A stretch of DNA of 62,274 bases, counting the filler, from Sphacelaria rigidula (lineage: Eukaryota): assembly GCA_964200075.2 (NCBI GenBank). It is 6 parts of 6 records of this genome, joined end to end, with 100 filler letters (N's around TTAATTAATTAA, not from the genome) between each part and the next. Parts side by side here need not be neighbours in the genome. Positions count along the whole stretch, not along the records: positions 31,191 to 41,485 come from CAXNAA020006770.1; positions 41,586 to 51,880 come from CAXNAA020006771.1; 4 more parts are not named here. One strand, 5' to 3'. Position numbers and translations under genes: made by a program. This document shows positions 35,901 through 47,800 of the stretch, in pieces. The notes under the pieces are model-generated. The model was not told the DNA's origin. It saw only the letters and a program-made list of their open reading frames with translations, and made no database searches. How positions within the stretch are numbered: the first letter of the stretch is position 1; each line of letters starts with the position of its first letter.

Positions 35901-37874
35901 CGAGTCACAACGAACAGGGTCAATTGCCTCCGCGGGTGCTGTAGGTAAAGCTCCCGTTGTCGAGAAAAATGGCTTCAAGACTGTTCACCATAGAGGACCT
36001 CCCAGATATGCGTTGATGCGGTTTGTAACTCAAGACAGCAGAGATGAAGAGCTGAGAGTTGTGGGGGACGAGATGGAAATCGGAGAGGGGAGATCTGGGC
36101 AATCGTGCTCTGCATCACATGAACTGGCAGTAGCCTCTGCTTCTACCTGTACGTCTGCGGAGGACGTGCCCGCGTGTACTGCAACGACTGGAGATGCGGT
36201 CGACTGCGGGTTGGTGTCATTGGAGAGGGGAGATGTGGTGGAGTTTACGGTAATCGCTCGCCGTGTACTAGGGGGAGGAGGGGGGATGCAGCGGGGGGGG
36301 AATGGACAAGGTCCGCAGCTGCGAGTTGGGAGCGTTTCCCTGCTTGAGAAGGCTGGCATCAAGTGCCGGTGAGGCCTTTGCACGAGCCCAGGGTGGCGGG
36401 CTGGGGGTGGGGGTGTACTCATGATGATGCATGCCGTGGTCATGAGACCATTGACCAGGATGGGGCGGTTTTGATATATTTTGCTGAGTTTTGGGGGGTA
36501 AGTGTGTAACGTTTTGATGAGCCCTTGCGACCGATCGCATTCACGTACAGTCAGAACGTCATGGAAGCACACCGCACAAGGGAGTAAATTCTATTTTCCC
36601 AGGGAACTCATCCCGGGATTCAGCGTTGGTATCGTCTTTTTCGCAAGTCTACTGCGCATCGTGAAGATCAATTATTGTACCAAGGTTTATACACACTCTC
36701 TGGTCACCTCTGAAACAACTTGCTGTGGTGTTCGTCACTTCCCGTCCTACCCCGTCCCACAAAATACGTACGAAGGAGGGGCAAGCTAGCCGAGATAGAT
36801 GCGAGAGGTACAGCGCGCATCGAGTGTCCCACAGATGATGAGAACGGAGCAACCTCCAAGGTGAAACGCGATCGTTTTTTTGTCTTGGACTTGGCGTGGT
36901 CACCACGGCTTAGCGTTGCCGCCTCGGGCAAGTAGTACCGCACGGAATTCAAGAGAGGTATCGAATGGAGAACTGCGATTTAGGCAGGCCGCCAAACGAC
37001 CACAGTAAAATCAGCTTTTTCAGTTGCTGTTTTCATTGATGAACATTTGTTTCACAGAGTTCAATTTTGAGCGCATGATCAATATGATGACTGTTTGAGA
37101 ACAATTTGCCCGCACTTCATCGGAGTAGAATCGTGGCCTGGTTGAACCAGATTTGTCTGCTCTACTTTGTTCTTGTCAATGCCACGACTCCGTAAATACC
37201 GTGAAGGGAGACGTTGACGATGACGGGGAGGGCCGAGGTAGGGTTGCCGCTGCCAACGAGAGCTACGGTGAACACGATGCCAAGAATACTCCCAGAGTTT
37301 TCTTTCTGGTGAAGGTACGTACCAGCTCTATTTTACCCCTTGTTGCCGTGCTTCCCTGTCATGCGTGAAATACATGGGGTATCGTTTGTTCGCACTGCTG
37401 TCATCGCTCTGTACCGTACGCATTCGAGTAGCCCGTCCCAGGGTTCACGGTGTCATCCCCGCCCCCCGGCCTTTTATCACTCTTCGTTTGTGGTTTCTCA
37501 GGAAATGGTGGGCGCTGCTGGACCCCTTCGTAAGGGTGACGAGGTGGAGTACTTGGTGCCGGAAGGGAAGGCTGTTGAAGCTGGGAGGCGTGCTGTCGGC
37601 GCTATTCGGGTACAGGTCCGTACACCCCCATGACGTTATCGCACCTATATAAGTGTGTACTTCAGAATAACTTACTGTCTGTGAATGATTCTTGCTTTGC
37701 ATTAGTTCGCAGCAACTTTCGGCGCATCACCGTGCGTTGGTTACGCTTACTTCAATTTCCGTCCGTCCCCCGCCCAACGAAATATATGTACACTCGGAGC
37801 AGGACCTGAAGAGCTTATCGGCGACGCGTCAACGGCTAAACCTTGACCTCAGAGACTCGCAAAAAGGACCACAG
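32984..37874 (+). CDS. Partial spliced cold-shock-domain (OB-fold) RNA-binding protein, UNR/CSDE1-like
   Basis: In-phase GT-AG exons: 32984-33148 (linkage less certain), 35767-36368 (...LERGDVVEFTVIARR...QLRVGSVSLLEK), 36776-36860 (RGKLAEIDARGTARIE), 37207-37314 (PRVFFLVK), 37502-37615 (PLRKGDEVEYLV...RRAVGAIRVQ), 37803-37874 (RQRLNLDLRDSQKGPQ). Two LxxGDxVE(F/Y) cold-shock-domain signatures; start and stop not located. Confidence 0.7.
35139..35337 (+). pseudogene. Possible MULE/Mutator-like transposase remnant inside an intron
   Basis: AG-GT-bounded block reading RVIALFFAML...FFNYYFTDTWSTPCEW, like the F..YF...W.....W segment of MULE transposases; neighbouring blocks contain stops. Confidence 0.25.
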
Positions 37875-38878
37875 GTGATGTATGCAAGCATATCAAGAAG
37901 CACTGACATAGGAGCCTGTCGTGACGAAAGCATAACAAATACTGAACAGCGAAGCACTCAAGGGCGACCCGCAGTGTGTCCACGACTTTTTGCAAATCAC
38001 GTATCACTATTCCAGATTTTAACTATGAATATCGAGCTCCGCGTGGCGATATTGACGAAGCCCCGCTTTTTTTACCGGACAAACTTGCATGCTTTCACAA
38101 ATTGCAAAACTGGGCGGGTTGCGAGGGTACACTTGTACAGGAAGGACAAAAGGGGATAACCGTGTGTGTGGTGCAGACAAATGGGGAACGTGCACACGTC
38201 GGACAGTCGAGGAGCTACTTTCTGTACCACTTACTTCATGCTTATCACCCGAAAAACACTCATCGGCAAAACCTCACGCTGTTTGAAGGAGTCAAACTCT
38301 GGAATTTTGCACACATGTTCTATCGATCATAACGCAAGTTTCAAAGGTGGAGGTTTTTCCGTACTTGTTGACTGTTTTCCCCTTTTTCGGCGGTCCCAGT
38401 TTTTCAGGGAAACTTCGATCCAGTCGGACCCCGTAGAACGGCAAAATGAAGAAGAAAACGCTCGTTACTCCAATTTTCCGTAATAAACCATATCACAGTT
38501 GTGCAAATATTCAGGATCTAACTCCCTGAAACGGCGTGGGATTCGATGAACTGTGCCGTACCGCGGTGAAACTATAAACTACTTGATTTGTGTGTAGAAA
38601 TAGCGTTTTTGGACCTTCTTTGATGTGAACATGAAAATTCAAGCATCAGTAAATATCCTTCCTTGAGTTATGCAGCGACAACTAGTCGGCGAACAAAGAT
38701 GAAGGAAATCGCAGTGCCGGTTTTCCGGGGTCCTACGATGGAGACCACTTCGAGAACACGACTTGGATCCCGTTGGAGCCCAGAAGAACGGGTAAAACGA
38801 GCCAAGAGTAAAAAAACCTCGTCCATCAAAACTTGCGTGATGGTCCATAGCACATTTGTCCAAAGTTTCAGCGTCTAA

Positions 38879-39373
38879 GGCCGGATGTTGTGGCACACAG
38901 ATTTTTGGCTCATGGATTGTCCACTTTCATGGGGTTCGAGCCACTTTTTGACCCCCAAACAGGGTAAGTAGCCTACACACGTCTTGGAGATTTTGCATTA
39001 CCCCACAGAGAGGAGCCTAGCCCACTTTTGAGATTCGCTTGCCTCCAAGGTTTCGAGAGCGGTCGCTGAACAAAAATCCGTGTGCAACAACATCTACGGC
39101 GATCTCCACAGATTTTCGGGCAAACTGGCGGGGGTCGGCAAGCGCAGGTTTTTGCACACGATTTTTTGTTCAGCATCCGATCTCGAAACCTCGGAGCCAA
39201 GCTAATCTGAACAATAGACTAGGATTCTCTCGGTGTGGTGATGCAAAGTGTCCAAGACGTGTTGGCGATTTTCCCTGTTTGGGGATCAAAAGGGGGTCAA
39301 ACGTCCCAAAAGTGAACAGTCCCAAAAGTGAACAACCCGTGGGCCAAAAATCTGTGTGCCATAACATCCGGCC
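38879..39373. mobile_element. PIF/Harbinger (Tourist-like) foldback MITE, 495 bp
   Basis: TIR GGCCGGATGTT(G/A)TGGCACACAGATTTTTGGC, TAA on both sides (38876-38878 and 39374-39376), and arms imperfectly complementary for about 220 bp. Confidence 0.9.
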
Positions 39374-41485
39374 TAAATCCATGAAGAATCACGGTCTCGG
39401 GTATAACTGGACTCTGTTGTAACCGTTTTCAAATCTGTTTTCCCTTCCAGATTCCCGAGCTGATGTCGCTTACTAGGATTTGAAGCATGTGGAAATTCGG
39501 TGAATGTTGGGCTTGAAATTCGTGCTTTCAAATTCCAAACACTTTGAAGGGCGCTGATTGGTTGGAGTAACTTTTCGCCGTTGGCGCTCACCAGTATGGC
39601 CCCGAACACAAATCCCACCATGTCACGTTCTTCAGCTGTTCATGGTGGTCCAGTATCATTCATGAATGTTACTTTTGGGTAGGTATTGCGGAAGGCATTT
39701 GCGCCGATTGACTGGAAAAACATCGGCGGCGACCGCCGAAGCCGCGAGCCGCAGACGCCCCCCCCCCTGGTTGATGTCTCGAAAGGGATGCGTGGTCGGT
39801 GGTCAAACGACTAAGGCAAACAACAAATGAGTACGCCCCCTGGTTGGTGAGGGGGCCCCGCGGGAGCGCCGTCGAAGTCTAGGAAAATTGCGTCATTTGG
39901 ATTGGTTCTCCTTCAAAAATGGTGAGAATTGTAGAAAATGTGACCCCTCACATTGAGGAGCTTGAAGTCTCAGATGACATTCAGATCCCGTCCGAGCCGC
40001 TGAGTGATTCGAAAATCATTCATCTGTAATATGCAGCAGCGTAGGCTCTTCTTGAGGGTAAAAGGATGCAAACAAGCCAAGGCTGGCAGCACGCGGGGAT
40101 AAGGTTTGGTTGAGAAACAGAATGGGCATTCATTTTTTGGGGGAGAGGTTCTGGCGTTCTCGGATAAAAGTGGTCGTTACCATACAAAAATGCGCTTGAT
40201 AAGGGGAAAAGAGCAAAAGAAAACGAACCTGACCCACTTCTCCTGGTTCATTATATGCCCTAGCGAGGTTCCACACAACATTTCAATACACAAACACCAA
40301 ACGTGGGCCGGTAAGTGGCCTGCAAAATACCGCCCCGAATTTTTACCGAACCGGTTACTAAACGGCCCATTCGCCGGCCAATTTTAGAGTTGAAGCCTGA
40401 AATTTGGTATGGACGAGGAATGGGGCATGATAGAAAAGTAATGCGTGGACTCGAATAGTTTTTTTCACGAGTTCAAAGCATTGATCAGTTTTTAGATATC
40501 CGTAAAATGCCGTTGAATCATGGGGAAAAAAGTGTTGAAGGCAGTGAGTCCACGCATCAATTTTCCCATCATGAACTATCGATTGTCTATTCCAAATTTC
40601 AGGGTCCAACTCTGGGTAGTACAGTTTTGGGGCGCCTGAACTATATTCATTTCGTAAATTTTTCGTATTTGGCGATTTTCCTGGGCTCTTTCGCTCGCCA
40701 CCGCTCGTCACATGGGAGATATTGAGATATTTGTATCCGCTCCACATTCCAATGAAAATACAAGTCGGTACTCGATATTGAGTGACTTACGGTATGACGG
40801 GTCATCGGGGGTCCCAACACGCTTCAGCCCAGATTCCGACTCTTCGATATATTCGGTCGACCGACCCTATCCCAATCGTATCTATGAAGAAATGTACAGG
40901 TTTGTTTTTTCAAAATTTTACCTGCTCATTGAACCACAGCCGAGAAACTGTTTCACGGTCAAAAACACCCTCCTGATGAACGGGATATCCATCTACTCGT
41001 ATCACCAGATAACACCAACTAACACTAACTTGGGCACTTGGGAGAAGAAGACAATCGGTTCATTTGACCAAAACCACCGACGCTAGCACTTTCGATTTCT
41101 ATCGAAGAGTAGTCGCGAGATGAAACCCTCTGAAAAAAACCTTCAAATCCGCTTCTAGGCCGACCCAGCTCGTACCAGAATACCGTCTGTACTTGTACTG
41201 CTGTCAGGTGCAGGTCCCAATTCAACTGTCATTTTCGTAATAATGCAAGCATCTTTGTTATAGAATCACAAAAGTAAAATGGATATGAACACAGTCGGTA
41301 ACGGCAAACTTAAATGAACTGGATAAACTGGAATCCTCACTATCAATTCTTGTTAAACTCCAGTTCCAGTTTAATAGAGAGTTTCGGAAAAAAAAGCAAA
41401 ACTCAGGGATAAAAGCGAGAACGACTGGATTGTTCACACTTAAACCCCAGGTTTGTTTTTATTTATTTTTACCACGTAGGTGTGG

Positions 41486-41585
41486 NNNNNNNNNNNNNNN
41501 NNNNNNNNNNNNNNNNNNNNNNNNNNNNNTTAATTAATTAANNNNNNNNNNNNNNNNNNNNNNNNNNNNNNNNNNNNNNNNNNNN
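41486..41585. other. Artificial 100-bp contig linker
   Basis: N run with TTAATTAATTAA. Confidence 0.98.
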
Positions 41586-41886
41586 GTATAGCCATCGTTT
41601 TCTCCCTACTGTCTAGTGCATCAAACGATTCCATGCCACGTTTGTTCACGTCTCGGGCGAGGGGGGGGGGGGTGAATCTGGATACAAGCTGTAGCAGGAT
41701 AACCTGGGATTCAAATGGGATAGTTTTTTTGTCTGCGTGTGTTGGTGTGTGTTTGATTACTGCACAGTATTAATCATCTGAATGGATGGATGGTGAACTC
41801 GAGGCGTCTCAATCGAACGTCTTGGATGCACGAGGTATGTTTTGATTTCATCATTTCCACGTGTCTTCCGATTTTGTCGCCGACAG

Positions 41887-44800
41887 GTGACAATGGATGA
41901 CATCACTTCTGTTGACGACCAAGTGGGCTACAACGCTAGGTGCGTTCTGACGGGTTTTTTCAGATGAGTTTGTGCAAGCGTTGCCCTAACCATCCGCGAC
42001 TTTTACCTGAGCCATGTTAGGAGGATATATCTAGGAGCAGGAAAAAACGCTCCTTCTGTTTTTCCCGCCCACAACGAACAAATAAGTACAAGAATATCGG
42101 AGTTTTATCAGTATTGGTGAAGAACATCTTGCACAAGATCGTATCTTTTTTTTCTCGGTGTCGAGATGCTTCATTTTTTTTTTCGGCACGGACAATACAA
42201 CAATTTCAGGGTTGCGGTCCTCCTGCCCACGGCCGGGGAAAACTTGGAGGTTGTGTTCAAGGCCCTTGTAGGGTCGCTGTCCCAGAGGCTGTGGGACTCG
42301 GGCCTGCCAGAGAGCCAGACTCTGCGCGTTGTTGTTCTGGACGAAAAGCGTAGGGTGGAGGTGTACCGGGTGTGCGCGGGAGTACACAAGATGGGATCGC
42401 TCATTGCCGGGAGGCGTGTTCGCCAGATTCTAATGGTGAGGAAATTATTCATGTGCTTGAGTGCCCTTTTATTCTCGTCATATTCGGTTTCGACTCGACT
42501 GCGCTTTTCTCCTCATTTTGTCCTGTTGGCTACCCGTACTGACTCGTGCCTGGACGCCTGAGTCTCTCTGGTTCCAGTCATGTTTTGAAATGAAGTTGTT
42601 TTCAATATATTTCTATTTGTAATTATTCAGTTCAATGAGTAGAGTTGGTTATTGGAGTTCGAGATCATATTCCCCCAACGGAGGTCCTCATGATGCTCTT
42701 GGTATGAGATGGACTCAAAAAACAATTCGAGAGATGGCTCTTGACTATCCCGGACGAACATTCAGGCCTGGACCCACGTTTCCTCCCTGGGACACTTGAA
42801 GCATGGATACACGTGTCCCCTCAGCAGGTCTTCACATGGCATTTGTAGTGCTCGAGAAAAAAACATCAAGGTTATTTTTTGCCTCTTCACTCCATTTTTC
42901 CTGTATGGGAGCAAAACATCGAGTTATTTCGAGCTTGCGACAGTTTTTTTTTTTTCCGGCTTTTACCCTCGCAGCGAACGACTACAAGCAGCGATGCAAT
43001 GTAAACGTGAGAAAAGGCCACGTTACGGTAGAGGGCTGATGCAAAAAAAGACAAGTCAACTTTTGAACAAAATGAATTTTATTATCATGCACTTTCGAGC
43101 ATAAGACGGGTGGTTTGATGCCATGGAAGTTCACGGAACATGTCATGACTTTTGTCTCCACCTGCGGTCGCTGCTGCTACTCCTTGACGCCTAGGCTGAG
43201 GGTGTGACGGAGCTGACTCCCAAGGGCTTCATCGACTGGTGCCGTAACGGCAGCGGGTACGAGAGGAAGCACTTATATGACGACAAGAAGCTGAACGAAG
43301 CTGTGCAGGTTGGTGTCCCGGGTTATGAGAGACATATCTGTCGATAGGCGGCGATATGCATGAAGTATATGTCCCGCTTTGCGGCTGGATGTTTTTTTTC
43401 ATTATTTACTTGGTCGGGCTGACAAGTACATGGTAAAATGAACCCCTTGGCCGCAAATGTAGTCCATCAACATCATCCATACTTTTTTCGAGTGATACTT
43501 CAGCTGGTTCAACCCATCACTTGTCATCGCCGTGAAGGAGTTAAACATGGATGATGACGGTAGGTTTGAGCCTTCGTGTCAAATCTCCGTTCACTCATTT
43601 GATCCAAACCATCCTGGCATGTTGTTGCACCGGACATAACGCATCACTTGCGCCCCCACCAGGTTCTTCGTTTGCTGGACGCCATGTGCATCGCCAACGG
43701 TCTCACCGATGCCTTCGCTCTCGAGGCGAGGCCTACCTCGGCCACGTACAACCCGGTCTCTGCGGCGGCTTGGAATGCCGCCGCGCGCGCGGAAAAAGCC
43801 AACAAGAAGAAGGAAGCCGGCGCTGGCAGCAGCGATGAGGACAGCTCGAGTGAGATGAACAAGGCGGCCAGGGCGGAAGAGGAGGCGAAGATCCTTGGAG
43901 CTCCTGCTATGACGATCGAGCCTGGTGAACCCTTTTTTATTTTACATCACTTTGCTCTTTTTTTTTCGTCCCCTTTTTATCCTAGTACTATTCGCGGACA
44001 ATTTCGCCGCTTCTCGACGTGCTCCTGCAATGATCAAGTCTAGTCAGCGTTGTTTTTATTTTTCCAGTCTTGGCAGTTTTTTTTTCATTTTTCATCCTGG
44101 CATTGTTCACCCTAAATTTTTCGCTTCTTTCGAAGTGTCGACGTGATCTTTTTTGTTGATATGGATTTACCTTCCAATGCCATAACATTCGGGACTATTA
44201 TAGATCTAGTCAACAGTTTGCAATGGGAGAAATTGTGCTGCGTGAAGTATAGACCTATCGCAACCGTCGTCGATGTGTTGTCTGGAGTGTAAATTATTTC
44301 GAAAGCCGGTCGGGGCACGTGAAAAACGTTATGCGTGGTACTCAGTATCCTTCGTGTACTAATCAATAGTTTGTCACGCTCCATACCCCCTCCCCCCTAC
44401 GTGCTCGGAAGTACTCCGGTTTCCCAGCCCCTCGTGACCCCGAGCTTCTGGGCAATTGGTCAAATCACACCGGAGCATCGTGGAGCACCATATGATACCT
44501 CGGCTTTTACTAAATCATGTTAATACGGTTTTCGAAAAAATCGTTTCATCTTGTAAATGATGATGGGTCACATGCACACGGAACCCGTGCCAGCATAATA
44601 AGTGGAGGCCAATTCGTACCTCGCCTTGAACACTTCTCAATTATTTTGGTCGAAATGAAACACCATAAAACACAGGTTTCCACCAGCTTTTCGGGGCTGG
44701 CTCTGAGACGGAGGACTCCGAAGCTGGGCAGGCGGACCTCAACCAGACCCTCCCCACCCTTGTGTACTACTCCAGGAAGGACTGCGGTCAACCCAAGATC

Positions 44801-47800
44801 AGTCCGAAGGCGGGAAACATGTGCGTTCAATACAGTAGCAGCGGGGGGGCATATTGGGAAATGGCTGCACCATCGGTCCCAGGCCGCAAAAACCTCATTC
44901 TGGAGTTGAAGGAGGAGGGTACCCGATTTTATGGGGGGAGGAGTACCCCCTGATCGTTGGATGATGGCTGCAGTAGTTTCTGCACTGCACCGCACGTGTA
45001 ATAACCTTACGCTGATTACATTTTATTTATTGGAGTCAGTATGGCGGTGGTGCAGCCATTTCCCGATATGGGGGCCCTCGTTAGAAGCGCCCAATATTTT
45101 ACATCCTGGATAATGACTATAAATTACACTGTCCGAAAGTGTTTTGCTTAAAGTATTGAATATTTTGTGTATTATCGCAAAAGTCGAGGTCTGCTTTTGA
45201 AGATTAAGGTATTGTTTCCCTCTTGGTGGAGCTTGAGTGGATGGAGAACGGGCCTGATATTATTGGGGATTTGTTACGATCACTTGACTACCTTCCCACT
45301 CAAATTTGGTCCTCATAAAGAACGTGGGCTGAACCGTGGCTCCCGTTGATGTCGCACTGGAAAGACCCCAGGTGAGTAGGTCTCGAAAACCAGATGTTGA
45401 TGTATACCTTTGAAGCTACAGTCGTCTGATTAAACCGATATATCATGTGCGTTTGAGAGGAAGAGAAAACCATCATTTTCTTCGTGTGCTCGAAATATGG
45501 ATGTACACCTCGTATGAGCGCTTCTGTTTTTGTCGCCATCATGTTTTTTTCACCAGGAATTCTGCTATCTTCCCCATGGATAACCCTGGCTCGCCTCCCC
45601 TCGTGGGAGAAGCAACCATTGTGCTGGTTAACGACGCCCGTCACCAGCTGGAGGCCAACTTTTTGCAACGCACGGTTCCCTACTTCTTCGAACTATCTAG
45701 CTCCAACGCTACAGTCTCTTCCGGCGGTCGTTACCGTTGGGCCAAGGTGAGAGAGGGGCTCAAATTTTTTTACGGTGATGTATCTTGCTTCGGGGAGGAA
45801 TCCGGTCGCGTCATTATCCATCCTGCTCTCACTCATCCAGAATTTGACCTTGATGGCGTTTTGATGGACATACCATCGCTCTTCACTTGGACTTTAGTGT
45901 TGAACATTAGATGATGACCACTGCGACAGCCCGCCAACTCCCATGAACTTATTTCCTTGTCCGTCGTGTATTATGGACGAGTTGTTCGGTGGCGGGATTT
46001 TCGTGTATTATGTGACCCTCAAGTAATCTAATTGTAGTTGTTACTTACGCGGACATGCAGTTGCTCCAAGTCATGAAATACTCCCAAGTTGATATGGAGC
46101 TATACGAAGGTGGAAGTTTTACCCACTCGAACCCAAATGTTTCTCAACGAGGGACTCACCTCTTGCGTAAAGAGCTACACAAGGATATGGATCAGGACGA
46201 TGACCACTTTTGAAGTCGCTTTCGAGCTATCTCCAAGCCCCTTCATCGGAATGGTAACGCACGTCGGACAATTCACGACCTCTCTGAAACAACTCGTCAA
46301 GGAAGATTCTCGAGCCTGTTTGTCCAAAAGGCCCAAAGAAATGACGGCGAAGTCGGATCATCCAAGCGCAACGTTTGCGCTAATGGACATGCACGGCGGC
46401 ACGCGCTGCAGGGAGGAAACGTGCAAGGGCAGGTCGAGTAGCGTATACTCGAATGCGGGGTATTTTGAAAGAGGTACTTGGGGTACTCAAATTAGGGTGG
46501 AGTCGTGGGAGTTGTACCCCAAAAAAAACTTGAGAGCGATCCCTGAAACCCTACCCCCAATTTATGTACTTGAAGTACGACTTTCAAAATACCCCGCAAT
46601 TGAGTATACTCTACTCGACCTACCCTTGAAAACGTTGAAACGGCGGGTCAACTGATCCGAATCATGGCCGAATTGTCCCGTTCTCGCGCATTTGTATTAG
46701 TGACGGGCTCCTGGAAGTCCCAATCGCATGAAAGGTTTCGTGCAACCCTACCGTGCCACGATCTCTGTGTGTCGGAGCTTTTGTCGAGTCAAAGCTTTGC
46801 GCCCGTCCCGCTGCTGATGTCTTCGCGTGCTCGTCGTGGTCATGGGGGGAAACTCAACCTGCAGATCGCGTTCGTGCAGACTCCCCAACGTTTCCGTATG
46901 GACCTCATCAACGATCCCCTTGGGAACCACGCCATCTCTCAGGTGAACAACCGTATTGCACATCTAGTACAATCATCACCTGTATGATCGTTTTTGTACG
47001 CCGTAGTTTTTCTTTGGAGTATAGTCAGTAGACCCTACGTAGTCCTGATTTTTAATTTGTGTTCCCCCTCTTATGGTAAGCCAATGCGGTCTTGTGCGGG
47101 ATGGTTTTCGTGCACCGAAGGCCAGTTTTTTTTAATGCAAAAAAACTCTGCATTCTTGACTATTTTTTTTCATGAATTGAGTAGTATCTCACGATGGAAT
47201 ACAAGTTCTGTACGAATTGATGTCGGTTTTACTACAAAATCGTACTTTTTTCAAGACAACCTTGGAATATTACGAAAGATTTTTTTTGAAAAAATTGAAA
47301 ACGGGAACCATGTTACCAGACTTGTTCCGTACATTTCGGTTGCTCGCCGCGCAGTACGATGTTATCAACCACGGCAAAGATGGTATCGGAGCCGTATCTT
47401 CCAGTGGACAGGGCAGTCTGTGGCGTATCGAGGCGCTTAAGGGGCAGCGGCCGGACGGCAGCTGCACGGAAGACCCAAAGGACTTGTCGCTTGTGGGAAA
47501 GAAGCTGGGATTCCGATCTGAGATGCTTATCGAGGATACCCATACTTCCATCGAGCTGTTCCGACAGGTGATTTTTGCTGTTCGATTGCTGTTTCTTCCG
47601 TAGTCGTATGACCATTCAACGTGCCAAGGGCGGTGGAGTCGGGGGTACAACGGTAACAACAAAGCGCAAGCATTTACCTCTGTGGTACAAATCAGTCGCA
47701 CTTTGATACTAATGATCGATTCCCTGGTTGATTATCGCACTTGAATGGATCCCCCAGTGATCCAAGGAGATAATAATCTACATGATGACTTCCCCGAGAC

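Noticed and set aside
47464-47478. CTEDP as the catalytic TED motif of the synthase
   Set aside because: Context (GF....IEDT.TS.EL...GW.S.Y) and spacing to QVLRW place the catalytic Asp in IED at 47529-47537.
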